Source of the DNA: an uncultured Bacteroidota bacterium
GTDB taxonomy: Bacteria; Bacteroidota; Bacteroidia; Chitinophagales; Chitinophagaceae
Length of the DNA: 64,000 nucleotides
NCBI GenBank assembly: GCA_903853805.1
Contig: CAINUN010000103.1
Coordinates: 5,243 to 69,242, forward strand
Reading direction: 5' to 3'
Numbering within the stretch: the first letter of the stretch is position 1; each line of letters begins with the position of its first letter. The position numbers and the translations under genes are program-made. Of the stretch, positions 18,951 to 29,352 are shown piece by piece. The notes under the pieces were generated by a model. That model ran no database searches. It had not been told where the DNA came from and was given only the letters and a program-made list of their open reading frames with translations.

Positions 18951-19119
18951 TGTTCATTTTCAATAATTTATCATTAAAAATTAAAAATCAACCTTTTATA
19001 TGCCACACAATGGTCCTTTTTCTAGCAAAGAAGCCGATCGTATTAGCTATTACATTGCTGCGGTTTTTTAACAAATAAATCTTCTTAAATTTACTTTTTC
19101 TTCTTTAAAAACGGAGGTT

Positions 19120-21084
19120 ATGAAAAAAGGATTATTGGTGTTGATGATGGTGTTGTGCATTAATGCGATTAATGGTTATGGGCAGATGGTTGCAGACACT
19201 TTTGAGAACGGACTATACCCATATAGTTCAGGGACACCTTCTCCAACAGCGCCAGCAGGCATTAATTTCGTTTTATGTTGGGTTAAATATACTCCTTATG
19301 AATTGGCCCAGCGTGGTATTGTGCCTGGTGTAATTATTTATGGAGTTGCATATCACAAGCCAAATAATGGATATCTTCCGTCGAATACTACAGCTACTTT
19401 AGAAGTAAAATTACGAAGTGGAAGTATGGATAGTACGATTCCTAATTATTCAGGACCTGGGGCTGGTCCAAATTATTATATCAACAACTATATGACTGGA
19501 GGTTTTGCCTCTTGGACTATCTTTACAAATGGCAGTAATTTTTCCATCCCTGCTACTACTGGTTGGCAGGCACCACTATTGGTAGATGTACCATTTGTAT
19601 ATACTGGAGGCGCCTTAGAAATTTGTACTAAATTTCAGGCAATCCCCAACAACGCCGTTGGGGATATATATATGTCAATTGAAAACCCACCATACAGTAA
19701 TATTAATTTAAGTTATTATTATCAAATTGGCACTGGTATTGGATCATTAACATGGATAAGGCCTACAACAATTATTTATCATTCAGCAGCACCTTTACCT
19801 TGTAATGGAATCCCTATTGGAGGTATTGTGTCGGGAAATGCAAATCCTTGTTCTGGTCAGGATTTCAAATTATATCTTAATAGTCCTTCTGCTGGTCCTG
19901 GAATTAGCTATCAATGGCAACAATCAACTATTACACCAGTTAATTGGGTAGCTATTTCAGGGGCTACCAATCCAGTGGTAACAACAAGTGTTATATCGCC
20001 CACTCTATTTCGTTGTAAAGTCACCTGTAATAATTCAAACCAATATGTATATTCGTCAAGTTTCACAGTAAATCCTTATTATTTCCAGATTGATTCTGTT
20101 ACTGCAGTTATTACTAATAATATTGTAAAACTTTTTCCTCATACAAATGATACTAGTAATGAAATATGGGGAAGCAATTATAATACACAGTGGACATTAT
20201 TATCTAATGATACACTTCCATTTACATTAAACACAGATGGATATTACAACATCAATGTTAGGCGCCAAAATTCGTGCAATATTGACACTTTTGTAAAAAC
20301 TCTTTACATTGGTTGTCAAGGCGCTCAGACTTTCCATGATTCTATTGCATACAGTATTAAAACCTGTCCGGGCAATCCTGTAACAATCAATTTATTAGAT
20401 ACACTCCCTGCCAACTACACCACCGAATGGCAAGCCTATCTCAACTTTCAATGGACAACACTTACTGGTTTAACAACCCCTTCTGTAACTGTCAACCCAA
20501 CCACCAATACCATCTACCGAAATAAGTCAACCTGCAACATTAGCACCAACTTCAAATACTCCAATTACGATACCGTTTGGGTAACTCCTCCACCAACAGC
20601 CGGCACCATTCAAGCCATCAACACCACCACCAACTACTACAACTTCACCAACACTGGCATGAGCAATGCCCAATCCTATAAATGGTACTTTGGAGATGGA
20701 GACAGCAGCACCTCCCTTGCCCCAAGCCATCATTACAACATTCAAGGCACTTACAATGTTTGGTTTGTTGTTACCAATGCAGGTAATGGTTGTACCGATA
20801 CTGCATTTACAACCGTAACAATCACTACAGGTGTGGAAGATGTGCAAGGAAAATTATTTAGTTTTTCGCCCAATCCGTTTAAGGAAGGTTTTACGGTTTC
20901 TTGTCCAAGTTGTAAAGGAACAATTACCATCCTAAATTCAGTGGGTCAATTAATCATAATGAAACCAATTTCATCTTCTGACCATTGTCAACTGTCCACC
21001 GAAAACTGGTCCTCAGGTGTTTACCTCATTCGTTACAAAGACAATGAAGGAAGAACGGAAACAAGGAAGATTACAAAACAGTAG
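19120..21084 (+). CDS. secreted surface protein with an Ig-like Cys module, a PKD domain and a T9SS CTD; smaller paralog of the giant adhesin
   Basis: Signal peptide; a CNGIPIGG...GISYQWQQS module like those in 12179..18382; a PKD signature (YKWYFGDGDSSTS...GTYNVWFVVTN); and a CTD (FSPNPFKEGFTV...GVYLIRYKDNEGRTETRKITKQ). Confidence 0.8.
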   Translation: MKKGLLVLMMVLCINAINGYGQMVADTFENGLYPYSSGTPSPTAPAGINFVLCWVKYTPYELAQRGIVPGVIIYGVAYHKPNNGYLPSNTTATLEVKLRSGSMDSTIPNYSGPGAGPNYYINNYMTGGFASWTIFTNGSNFSIPATTGWQAPLLVDVPFVYTGGALEICTKFQAIPNNAVGDIYMSIENPPYSNINLSYYYQIGTGIGSLTWIRPTTIIYHSAAPLPCNGIPIGGIVSGNANPCSGQDFKLYLNSPSAGPGISYQWQQSTITPVNWVAISGATNPVVTTSVISPTLFRCKVTCNNSNQYVYSSSFTVNPYYFQIDSVTAVITNNIVKLFPHTNDTSNEIWGSNYNTQWTLLSNDTLPFTLNTDGYYNINVRRQNSCNIDTFVKTLYIGCQGAQTFHDSIAYSIKTCPGNPVTINLLDTLPANYTTEWQAYLNFQWTTLTGLTTPSVTVNPTTNTIYRNKSTCNISTNFKYSNYDTVWVTPPPTAGTIQAINTTTNYYNFTNTGMSNAQSYKWYFGDGDSSTSLAPSHHYNIQGTYNVWFVVTNAGNGCTDTAFTTVTITTGVEDVQGKLFSFSPNPFKEGFTVSCPSCKGTITILNSVGQLIIMKPISSSDHCQLSTENWSSGVYLIRYKDNEGRTETRKITKQ

Positions 21085-21116
21085 TCATCTGTTCTCAAAA
21101 AAAAACACAAAGATTG

Positions 21117-21159
21117 CAAGAGGCAGCCTTCCATATGAAGGCAGCCTCTTGTATTTTTG
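21117..21159 (+). terminator. intrinsic terminator
   Basis: 15-bp stem with one mismatch (caagaggcagccttc / gaaggcagcctcttg), loop catat, then tattttt. Confidence 0.65.
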
Positions 21160-21183
21160 ATTGCTATTCAATTCATTTTATTT

Positions 21184-21735
21184 ATGAAATTCTACATTGA
21201 AACGGAAAGATTGATTCTACGCGATTTGCTTCAAACTGATGATGAAGGAATGTTTGAATTGGACGCTAATGCCGAAGTGCATCGTTATTTGGGGAACAAG
21301 CCTATCCAATCAATTGAACGTGCAAGAGCAGTTATTTCAATTATCAATGAGCAATATGCTGAAAACGGAATTGGCAGATGGGCAACTATTGAAAAAGCAA
21401 GTGGCGCATTTATTGGTTGGAGTGGATTGAAATTTATTACCACCCCTGAGAAAGGGAAATCACATTTTCATGATGTTGGCTATCGTTTTATTCCAAGATT
21501 TTGGGGGAAAGGATATGCTACTGAAGCCACCAAAGCTGCATTAGCATATAGTTTTGAAACCCTACAATTAAATGAAATCATAGGTACTTGTCATGTAGAA
21601 AACAAGGCATCGAGACGGGTATTGGAAAAGTGTGGGCTGAAATACGTGGAGCAATTTCTTTACAACAATGAATTGCTTTGCGATTGGTTGAGTATTACCA
21701 AAGAAGAATGGGAACAACATAAGAAGTTGAAATAG
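21184..21735 (+). CDS. GNAT-family N-acetyltransferase (RimJ/RimL-like)
   Basis: ETERLILRDL...IGRWATIEK...IGWSGL...GYRFIPRFWGKGYATEA...LNEIIGTCHVENKASRRVLEKCG is the typical RimJ/L-type GNAT pattern. The first ATG is at 21184; the listed start is a TTG extension. Confidence 0.8.
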   Translation: MKFYIETERLILRDLLQTDDEGMFELDANAEVHRYLGNKPIQSIERARAVISIINEQYAENGIGRWATIEKASGAFIGWSGLKFITTPEKGKSHFHDVGYRFIPRFWGKGYATEATKAALAYSFETLQLNEIIGTCHVENKASRRVLEKCGLKYVEQFLYNNELLCDWLSITKEEWEQHKKLK

Positions 21736-21785
21736 GAAATACTAACACAAAAAAAATCCCCGGTAAATCCGAGGAAATTAATGGG

Positions 21786-21869
21786 TGCCCAAGACCGGAT
21801 TCGAACCAGCACATCCTTTCGAATGCTGCGACCTGAACACAGTGCGTCTACCAATTTCGCCACTTGGGC
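21786..21869 (-). tRNA. tRNA-Leu (anticodon CAG), long variable arm
   Basis: The reverse complement is GCCCAAGTGGCGAAATTGGTAGACGCACTGTGTTCAGGTCGCAGCATTCGAAAGGATGTGCTGGTTCGAATCCGGTCTTGGGCA. The acceptor pairs GCCCAAG/CTTGGGC. The anticodon stem is CTGTG/CGCAG with loop TTCAGGT. The T-loop is GGTTCGAATCC. CCA is not encoded. Confidence 0.85.
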
Positions 21870-21997
21870 ATTCAGCTAAAAAGAACCTATTGTTTTGATC
21901 AACCAAAATTGAAACAATTTTAAGAAAGCACAAAACGTTTTGAAATACTAATTCACCTACTTTTAATTTTTCTTTTTTATCTCAAACAAAATTAATC

Positions 21998-24745
21998 ATG
22001 AGAAAAGTATTGCTTTTCATGCTACTTGCTAGTAGCACCATTTCCTTTGCACAGGTTAAAAAAACCGTTGTTGCAAAAGACGCTACAACCAAGGGTGCAA
22101 CTTATGTGACTAAGGTTGAAAACATCACCGAATACAAAATGCCCAATGGCATGCAGGTATTGTTGATACCCGATGCCACACAAAACAATGTACTTGTCAA
22201 TATTGTTTACAAAGTAGGTTCACGCAATGAAGGCTATGGCGAAACAGGCATGGCACACTTGCTGGAGCATATGCTATTCAAAGGCACTAAGCGCATCAAA
22301 GAAATTAAAAAAGCAATTGCAGATAAAGGGGCTTCAGCCAACGGAACTACTTGGTATGACCGCACCAACTACTACGAAATTTTGCCTGCAAGCGATGACA
22401 ACTTGAAATGGGCATTGGATATGGAGGCAGATAGAATGGTGAATTCCACTATCCTACAAACAGAGCTTGATAAAGAATTTTCAGTAGTTAGAAATGAATT
22501 TGAGTCAGGAGAAAATAACCCATCAGGCATTCTTGAAGAAAGAATCATGAGCACCATGTTCTTATGGCATAACTATGGAAAATCTACCATTGGCAGCAAG
22601 GAAGATATTGAAAAAGTGCCAGCTACCAGTTTGAAAGTTTTCTATCAAAAATATTATCAACCTGATAATGCCACCTTAATTGTTGCAGGAAAATTTGACC
22701 CAGCTAAAACCATTGAGTGGATTAATCAATATTTTGGTATTGTACCAAAACCATCCAGAATTATCACACCAACTTACACAGTTGAGCCACCTCAAGATGG
22801 CGAACGTTATGTGGAACTTCGTAGAAACGGAGACTTGCCAAATATGGGTGTTGGCTATCATACACCATCTCATGCCGATAAAGACTTTGCTTCAAATATG
22901 GCTTTGGTGGAAATGCTCACCAACGAACCTTCAGGTTATTTATACAAGTCATTAGTGGAAACAAAATTGTGTACCAAAGTTTGGGGCTATTCACAAGTAT
23001 TACAAGACCCTGGCTTTACTTTTTTTGCAACCGAAATACCTAAAGACCATGATGTGAAAGAAGTGAAAAGAGCATTCTTGGGCACTTTTAACGCTCTTGA
23101 CACCATGAAGTTTTCTCAAAAAGCATTGGAACGAGCTAAGAATAGTTTAATCAAAGACTATGAAAATGTTTATAACAACACTATCTACTTCGGTATTAAT
23201 CTTACTGAAGAAATAGGCGCAGGCAATTACAAACTTTGGTTCATCAATCGTGATCGAGTTGAAAATCTAACACTAAACGATGTTCAAGGTGTTGCTAAGA
23301 AATACTACAAACCTAGTAATCGTACTTACGGGATTTTTTATCCTGACAAAAACCCTGAGCGTGTAAAAGTTGGCAATACACCAGACATCAATGCCCTGAC
23401 AGAAAATTATAAAGGCAAAGAAGTGAAGGAAATGACCGAAACTTTTGAACCTACAGTTGCTAACATCAAAGCAAAAGCTGTTTACGGCAATTTGAAAAAC
23501 GGTATGAAATATGCCATTCTTCGTAAGCCTGCAAAGGGAGATAAAATTTTTGCAAACATTCAACTTTATATGGGTGATGAAAAATCACTTTCTGGTAAGA
23601 ATGATGTTGCCTATTTAGCTTCAAGAATGTTGAAGTATGGTACTACTACACGTAGCCGTAAAGACATCAACGATGAACTCGATAAAAATAAATCATCAAT
23701 CAATTTCGGAGGTGGTGCCAATATGCTTTATGTTTCTTTAAACACAGATAAAGAACATTTTGAAAAAGCAATGGATTTATTACAAGACATGTTGTTACAC
23801 CCAAGTTTTGATGTAAAAGAATTCGACAAATTAATGCTTGATGCAAAAGCTGATTTAGAATCGAGCATGTCTGACCCTTCAACACTTGCAAGTGAAGCAT
23901 TGACAAAGGCAATGAACAAATACCCTGTTGGTCATCCTTTCTATCCGCGCACATCTAAAGAGCAATTAGAGGCATTAAAAGGTGTTACTATTGAGCAAAT
24001 AAAAGAATACTATACAAATTTCTACGGAGCTAATAATGGCTATGCATCATTTGTAGGAAGTGTAGATGCCGACCAAATAAAAAAACTAATTGAAAAATCA
24101 TTAGGTAGTTGGAATTCAAAAGCATCATTTAAAGACATTGAAGAAAAATATTTTGAAGTAAACGGAGATTTGAAAACAATTCAGGTTGATGATAAAGCCA
24201 ATGCAACATTAATGGGGGGAATAAACATTAACCTTACTCAAAAAGACCCTGATTTCATTGCTCTTGCAATGGCTAATGAAATGCTTGGTGGTGGTGCATT
24301 TCTTTCTTCAAGAATTCCACAACGTTTAAGGGAAGCGGAAGGAATGAGTTATGGTGCCGGTTCTTTTCTCGATTTGAATTACCGTTATCCTTCAGGTTCA
24401 TTGGGCTTCTATGCAATATTCAATCCTTCGTTTAAAGATAAGCTCAACAGTGCCTTAAAAGAGGAGATTTCAAAAGCATTGGACAAAGGATTTACTAAAG
24501 AAGAATTGAAGAGTTCTCTTGAAAGTTGGTTACAACAACGTAAAATGGCATTGGATAATAACAATGGCTTAGCAAGCATGCTAACACGTTACATGGTTGA
24601 TGGCAAGAACTTGGATTTCTATACAGAAACAGAAACAAAGGCAAAAGCTTTAACCTTGGAACAAATCAATGCTGCATTGAAGAAATATTTAGACCCAAAC
24701 AAAATCATCTTTATGTACGCAGGTGATTTTAGGAAAAAAGATTAA
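21998..24745 (+). CDS. M16-family (pitrilysin/insulinase-like) zinc peptidase, two-half fusion
   Basis: Signal peptide, the inverted zinc motif HLLEHMLFKG (HxxEH), and a ~915-aa length consistent with tandem M16 active and inactive halves. Confidence 0.85.
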   Translation: MRKVLLFMLLASSTISFAQVKKTVVAKDATTKGATYVTKVENITEYKMPNGMQVLLIPDATQNNVLVNIVYKVGSRNEGYGETGMAHLLEHMLFKGTKRIKEIKKAIADKGASANGTTWYDRTNYYEILPASDDNLKWALDMEADRMVNSTILQTELDKEFSVVRNEFESGENNPSGILEERIMSTMFLWHNYGKSTIGSKEDIEKVPATSLKVFYQKYYQPDNATLIVAGKFDPAKTIEWINQYFGIVPKPSRIITPTYTVEPPQDGERYVELRRNGDLPNMGVGYHTPSHADKDFASNMALVEMLTNEPSGYLYKSLVETKLCTKVWGYSQVLQDPGFTFFATEIPKDHDVKEVKRAFLGTFNALDTMKFSQKALERAKNSLIKDYENVYNNTIYFGINLTEEIGAGNYKLWFINRDRVENLTLNDVQGVAKKYYKPSNRTYGIFYPDKNPERVKVGNTPDINALTENYKGKEVKEMTETFEPTVANIKAKAVYGNLKNGMKYAILRKPAKGDKIFANIQLYMGDEKSLSGKNDVAYLASRMLKYGTTTRSRKDINDELDKNKSSINFGGGANMLYVSLNTDKEHFEKAMDLLQDMLLHPSFDVKEFDKLMLDAKADLESSMSDPSTLASEALTKAMNKYPVGHPFYPRTSKEQLEALKGVTIEQIKEYYTNFYGANNGYASFVGSVDADQIKKLIEKSLGSWNSKASFKDIEEKYFEVNGDLKTIQVDDKANATLMGGININLTQKDPDFIALAMANEMLGGGAFLSSRIPQRLREAEGMSYGAGSFLDLNYRYPSGSLGFYAIFNPSFKDKLNSALKEEISKALDKGFTKEELKSSLESWLQQRKMALDNNNGLASMLTRYMVDGKNLDFYTETETKAKALTLEQINAALKKYLDPNKIIFMYAGDFRKKD

Positions 24746-24762
24746 GCTGTATTGTATAAAAA

Positions 24763-24797
24763 AGAAAAGCAGCCTCAAAAATTGAGGCTGCTTTTCT
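24763..24797. terminator. bidirectional terminator between convergent genes
   Basis: agaaaagcagcctcaa (24763-24778) is the exact reverse complement of ttgaggctgcttttct (24782-24797). Confidence 0.65.
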
Positions 24798-24822
24798 TTT
24801 AACTAAAAATATTTTTTACAAA

Positions 24823-25302
24823 TTAGTACTTCATCACTAATACATTTGCTGTTGCCACTACACCCTCTTCTCTACCAATAAAACTCAAACCTTCAGTAGT
24901 GGTAGCTTTTATGGAAACATCATTGGGGGATAAGTTCAGTATCCTTGAAATTGTATCCTGCATTTGAATGATATAGGGTTTGATTTTAGGTTCTTGTAAT
25001 AAAAGAGTGCTATCAATATTTACAATCCAATATCCTTTATCTCGAACAAGATTATAACTCCTACGAAGCAAAACTTTACTGTCAATGTTTTTATAAGCCA
25101 TATCAGTATCAGGAAAATGATAACCAATATCCCCTAATCCAACAGACCCCAGCATAGCATCACATATTGCATGTAGCAAAACATCAGCATCAGAATGACC
25201 TAGGCAGCCTTTATTATGTGGAATTTTTACACCTCCTAGCCATAAATCTCTTCCTTCAACCATTTGGTGAAAATCTATTCCTTGACCAATTCTATATGAC
25301 AT
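24823..25302 (-). CDS. ispF: 2-C-methyl-D-erythritol 2,4-cyclodiphosphate synthase
   Basis: RIGQGIDFHQ...GHSDADVLLHAICDA..G...LGDIG.HFPDTD is the IspF signature. 159 aa. Confidence 0.9.
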   Translation of the reverse strand: MSYRIGQGIDFHQMVEGRDLWLGGVKIPHNKGCLGHSDADVLLHAICDAMLGSVGLGDIGYHFPDTDMAYKNIDSKVLLRRSYNLVRDKGYWIVNIDSTLLLQEPKIKPYIIQMQDTISRILNLSPNDVSIKATTTEGLSFIGREEGVVATANVLVMKY

Positions 25303-25453
25303 AATGTTTGATTTTATTAAAGCAAAAAAAAGGAATCTCGGTTACAAATACTATAACAAAACTCTTAAAATTATTTCAACAAAAACAAACTTCATAATTA
25401 TCTCAAAAGGAATTAGCTACTAATTGATTTACTTTTGTAAAAAATTATAATCC

Positions 25454-25999
25454 ATGAAAAAGAAAATCTTGTTAGCATTTACAGCATCTTATTTCATTCT
25501 TGCTATTACTTCTTGTGACAAACTAAAAGAAGCCATTTTTCAAGCATTTACTGCGGACGGTGCAACATTCAATTTTTCGATTCCACCAGTAAATACAACA
25601 GATACTATGTTGAGTTTAGGAACGCAAACAATATATTTCGATATGGATAGCACAGTAAAAGCTGTTACAAGTAATGCTTTTAGCATGAAAGATGTAACAA
25701 GTGTAAATCCAAATCAAATCAGTTTGAAAATTCTAAATCCTGACACAGCCAATAATTTTGCCAACTTTGAATCCGGTTCTTTGAGTTTCTTCAGTGACAA
25801 TAATACTACCCCTTTTAGTTTTGATTTCACTAACGCCAATCAATATGCAGATTCTATTTCTTTGCCACTAGACACAACTGTCAATTTGAAATCATACATG
25901 ATGGGAAAGAATTTCAATTACATTTTAAAGGGCAAACTTCGTAAGGCAACCACTTCAACATTAAATGTAAGAGCAACAGTAAAATTCAAAGTGCATTAG
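25454..25999 (+). CDS. hypothetical lipoprotein
   Basis: Signal peptide with lipobox (ILAITSC). I recognise no family. Confidence 0.55.
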   Translation: MKKKILLAFTASYFILAITSCDKLKEAIFQAFTADGATFNFSIPPVNTTDTMLSLGTQTIYFDMDSTVKAVTSNAFSMKDVTSVNPNQISLKILNPDTANNFANFESGSLSFFSDNNTTPFSFDFTNANQYADSISLPLDTTVNLKSYMMGKNFNYILKGKLRKATTSTLNVRATVKFKVH

Positions 26000-26007
26000 A
26001 AAAGAAG

Positions 26008-26079
26008 TAGCCTCGACAGGAATCGAACCTGTATCTGGAGCTCCGGAAACTCTCGTACTATCCATTGTACTACGAGGCC
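26008..26079 (-). tRNA. tRNA-Arg (anticodon CCG)
   Basis: The reverse complement is GGCCTCGTAGTACAATGGATAGTACGAGAGTTTCCGGAGCTCCAGATACAGGTTCGATTCCTGTCGAGGCTA. The D-arm is GTAC/GTAC. The anticodon loop is TTCCGGA with U33 and G37. The T-arm is ACAGG-TTCGATT-CCTGT. There is one A27-C43 mismatch and a G1-U72 wobble. Confidence 0.8.
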
Positions 26080-26114
26080 AATTCAAAAAACTAAGGAACA
26101 ATGTTAAATGAAAA

Positions 26115-26142
26115 AAGTGGTCTGAAAACAGACCACTTTTTT
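26115..26142. terminator. bidirectional hairpin terminator between the two tRNA genes
   Basis: aaaaaagtggtctgaaaacagaccactttttt: the stem gtggtctg/cagaccac is flanked by an A-run and a T-run. Confidence 0.55.
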
Positions 26143-26143
26143 G

Positions 26144-26215
26144 TACCACGTACGGGAATCGAACCCGTGATTCCTCCGTGAAAGGGAGGCGTCTTAACCC
26201 CTTGACCAACGCGGC
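26144..26215 (-). tRNA. tRNA-Glu (anticodon TTC)
   Basis: The reverse complement is GCCGCGTTGGTCAAGGGGTTAAGACGCCTCCCTTTCACGGAGGAATCACGGGTTCGATTCCCGTACGTGGTA. The anticodon stem is CCTCC/GGAGG with loop CTTTCAC. The T-loop is TTCGATT. Confidence 0.85.
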
Positions 26216-26283
26216 GGTTCCCTTTTGGGAGTGCAAAGATAATTAAGCAAATTTCATAGCCAAATTCTTTGCAAATTTTTTTT

Positions 26284-27051
26284 TTACGCAAACATCATTG
26301 CGTTGATGATTGCTAGAAAAGCGTCTACTTTTAATGCGGCACCACCTATCAATCCACCATCAACATCCTCACAAGCAAAGAGTTCAATTGCATTTTTATC
26401 ATTGCAACTTCCACCATACAAAATGGAAATATTAGCACCAACAGCTTCACCAAATTTATTGACTATAACTCTACGGATATGGGCGTGCATTTCCTGAGCT
26501 TGTTCTGTGCTAGCTGTCCTTCCTGTTCCTATTGCCCAAATAGGTTCGTAAGCAATCACCACATTTTTCATTTGCTCATTGGAAAGATGAAACAAAGCTG
26601 CTTCAATTTGTTTTCCAACATAGGTATTTTGCTCATTTGCATCACGAATTACTAATGGCTCACCACAACAAAAAATCACTTGTAAGTTATTTGCTAAAGC
26701 CTGATTTATTTTTTTTACCAATGCCTCATTACTTTCTTTAAAATATTCACGGCGTTCTGAATGTCCAATGATGATGTATTGAACCCCTACACTAGCTAAT
26801 ATTGATGCAGCTACTTCACCGGTAAAAGCACCTGATGCTTCTGTAGCGCAATTTTGAGCACCAAGGTAAATGTGTTCATACTCATCCAACTGTACTACAG
26901 TTTGTGAAAGATGAACAAATGATGGTGCAATTACTACTTGCTTTTGTTTAGTGAGCATTGGCAAATTGCCAAGAATACCGTCAACTAAAGTTTTACCTTC
27001 TTCAAGATTCAGGTTCATTTTCCAGTTGGCTGCTACGATTTTTTTTCTCAT
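26284..27051 (-). CDS. tpiA: triosephosphate isomerase
   Basis: IVAANWKMN...IIGHSERR...YEPIWAIGTG...ILYGGS are canonical TIM motifs. Confidence 0.92.
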   Translation of the reverse strand: MRKKIVAANWKMNLNLEEGKTLVDGILGNLPMLTKQKQVVIAPSFVHLSQTVVQLDEYEHIYLGAQNCATEASGAFTGEVAASILASVGVQYIIIGHSERREYFKESNEALVKKINQALANNLQVIFCCGEPLVIRDANEQNTYVGKQIEAALFHLSNEQMKNVVIAYEPIWAIGTGRTASTEQAQEMHAHIRRVIVNKFGEAVGANISILYGGSCNDKNAIELFACEDVDGGLIGGAALKVDAFLAIINAMMFA

Positions 27052-27082
27052 AGAAATTTCAATTAAAAATTTGATTGAGTGA

Positions 27083-28291
27083 TTATTTATTTTTTATCCA
27101 AAAAGCACGTTGCTGTGCTGTGTTACTAAAGATTTGTTGATACATAGAAACCTCAGCATCCGACAAAGTTTTGTCTCTTCTTGACATCATTCTTTTTGCG
27201 GTGTCAAGTGCTTTATTAAGGTTGTAGGTTTCGGATTCTTTGGGACCGCCCCAAAAGAAAGAAGGAATAAATTTCTCTTGAAATTCGCCTCCATAAATAT
27301 TGGCTGATACCCCAACAACTGTTCCTGTATTGAACATGGTATTTATGCCACATTTAGAATGGTCGCCCATAATTAACCCACAAAATTGCAAACCAGTACG
27401 TATAGGTTTGTTAGTATGTTCATCCCAAATTTTTACTTGGTCGTAATTATTTTTAAGATTGGAACAATTTGTATCAGCGCCAAGATTACACCATTCGCCA
27501 ATTACTGCATTTCCTAAAAAACCATCATGACCTTTATTGCTATTTGCAAAAAACACAACATTACTTACTTCACCACCTACTTTACATCCAGGACCAATCG
27601 TAGTACCACTGTATATTTTTGCGCCCATTTTTAAAGTTGAATGTTCGCACAAAGCAATGCTTCCTCGAAGCATACAACCCTCCAATATTTCAGCATCTTT
27701 CCCAAGATAAATAGGACCTGTTGTGGCATTTAAAATACAACCAGCATTGATAATAGCTCCTTCTTCTAAAAAAATACTTTCAGTACCAGTAGCCATTACA
27801 CCAAGAGGAATTGGCGCAGATTTTCTCCCTTCAGTAATAATTGAAAAATCATCTTTGATTGCCTGTTCGTTCAAGGAAAAAATTTCCCAAACATTTTTCA
27901 GAAAGGATAATTTACCTGAATAATTTATTCCATAAAAAGTTGATAGTGAATTTTGAAATGAAGAAAAGTCAAAAGTTTTTTCTCTTATTCTTGCTGCAAT
28001 GACTATATCATTAGACAAGAGTTTTTCCCCTTGTTTTAATTGTAAAGCTGCTTCTACAATTTCACTGTTGGCAAATACACTCCCATTCAACAACAAATTA
28101 TCATCTCCAAATTCTGCAATAAATACAGTTTGTAAATAGGATTCAGTTAAGGTGGTTGTTTTTTCTTTTAATAAAAACTCCCAACGTTCTCTCATACTCA
28201 AAATACCACATCGAATATCGGCAACTGGTCGAGTATGTGTGAAGGGCAACAATCTATATCGTGTATCGTCGTCGAAAAGAATGAAATTCAT
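27083..28291 (-). CDS. GlmU-like putative sugar nucleotidyltransferase/acyltransferase (left-handed beta-helix)
   Basis: Hexapeptide-repeat C-terminal half (GAKIYSGTTIGPGCKVGGEVSNVVF...GNAVIGEWCNLGADTNCSNL), typical of the alternative bacterial GlmU-like family. Confidence 0.65.
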   Translation of the reverse strand: MNFILFDDDTRYRLLPFTHTRPVADIRCGILSMRERWEFLLKEKTTTLTESYLQTVFIAEFGDDNLLLNGSVFANSEIVEAALQLKQGEKLLSNDIVIAARIREKTFDFSSFQNSLSTFYGINYSGKLSFLKNVWEIFSLNEQAIKDDFSIITEGRKSAPIPLGVMATGTESIFLEEGAIINAGCILNATTGPIYLGKDAEILEGCMLRGSIALCEHSTLKMGAKIYSGTTIGPGCKVGGEVSNVVFFANSNKGHDGFLGNAVIGEWCNLGADTNCSNLKNNYDQVKIWDEHTNKPIRTGLQFCGLIMGDHSKCGINTMFNTGTVVGVSANIYGGEFQEKFIPSFFWGGPKESETYNLNKALDTAKRMMSRRDKTLSDAEVSMYQQIFSNTAQQRAFWIKNK

Positions 28292-28325
28292 AAAGTTGTT
28301 CTCAAAAAATGGATGCTATTTAAAA

Positions 28326-28355
28326 GAAAAATCCCGACAAAAGTCGGGATTTTTC
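28326..28355 (-). terminator. intrinsic terminator after the L31 gene
   Basis: Stem atcccgac (28331-28338) pairs with gtcgggat (28343-28350), loop aaaa, flanked by A and T runs. Confidence 0.6.
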
Positions 28356-28378
28356 TGAGTATCTGTAAGAGAAGTTTA

Positions 28379-28627
28379 TTACTTCTTTTCGTATCTTTTT
28401 TTGAACTTATCAATACGACCTGCTGTATCCACAAATATGTTCTTGCCAGTGTAGAATGGATGTGAGGTGTTTGAAATCTCCACTTTAACCAATGGATATT
28501 CTTTACCATCTTCCCAAGTAATGGTATCTCTAGTCGCACAAGTAGAACGAGACACAAAAGCGAAATCGTTCGACATGTCTTTGAACACTACTAAACGGTA
28601 ATTTTCAGGATGAATGCCTTTTTTCAT
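28379..28627 (-). CDS. rpmE: 50S ribosomal protein L31, type B (no CxxC zinc ribbon)
   Basis: [10 protein letters not shown]...HPFYTGK with the longer type-B C-terminus ([11 protein letters not shown]). Confidence 0.9.
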   Translation of the reverse strand: MKKGIHPENYRLVVFKDMSNDFAFVSRSTCATRDTITWEDGKEYPLVKVEISNTSHPFYTGKNIFVDTAGRIDKFKKRYEKK

Positions 28628-28733
28628 TTTAGATTGATTTTGTGCATGGATTTTGCCATGCGTTATTAAATTTTAAGTGTGCAAAAGTAAGTAAAATAGC
28701 TTGACAAGCAAATTTCTTTTTCAATTCTTTCTT

Positions 28734-29255
28734 TTATTTCAATAGTTTTTGAAGATCAGCTTCTGCTTCTTCGGCAGTATTGTACATTCCTGCAATTTTG
28801 CCATCAGGAGTGACAAGAAAAGCTTGTGGAATAAATACTATTCCATAAGCTCTTGCAGCAGCAGATTCCCAGCCACCAAGGTCGCTCATATGAAATTCCC
28901 AAGAAAGATTATCTTTCTCTATGGCAGCCTTCCATGCTTCTTCTTTTTGATCAAGAGAAACACTGACAACTGTAAATCCTTTCTTAGCATTTTTAAAAGC
29001 TTTATCCTTATAGTTGTTGTAAAGTTGAACCAATCGTGGATTAGCACCTCTACATGGACGACACCATGATGCCCAAAAATCAAGCAATACGACACGGTCT
29101 TTATTGATTTTAGATAGTACCAATGGTTCGCCTTTAGGGTTCTTGAAATTCAATTCAGGTGCGTTCATTCCTACATGAATCACCTCATTACTTTGTGCAC
29201 AAGAAATAACTGAAAAGGTGCAACATAAAAATAGGGCTGTTAGAATTTGTTTCAT
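28734..29255 (-). CDS. TlpA/redoxin-family thiol-disulfide oxidoreductase (secreted)
   Basis: Signal peptide and the thioredoxin-fold active site WASWCRPCR. Confidence 0.8.
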   Translation of the reverse strand: MKQILTALFLCCTFSVISCAQSNEVIHVGMNAPELNFKNPKGEPLVLSKINKDRVVLLDFWASWCRPCRGANPRLVQLYNNYKDKAFKNAKKGFTVVSVSLDQKEEAWKAAIEKDNLSWEFHMSDLGGWESAAARAYGIVFIPQAFLVTPDGKIAGMYNTAEEAEADLQKLLK

Positions 29256-29352
29256 AAAAATTTGTTTGGCTAAAAGTAAGGGAAAATATTTTTTAGAAAA
29301 ATTACATTACATATTTATCTGAATAAGTACAATTAACTGAATAACGTACAAT

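Noticed and set aside
26008-26079. tRNA-Arg(CCG) might be a pseudogene because of an A27-C43 mismatch and a G1-U72 wobble
   Set aside because: All other stems, U33, the purine at position 37 and the T-loop are canonical, and single anticodon-stem mismatches are common in functional tRNAs.
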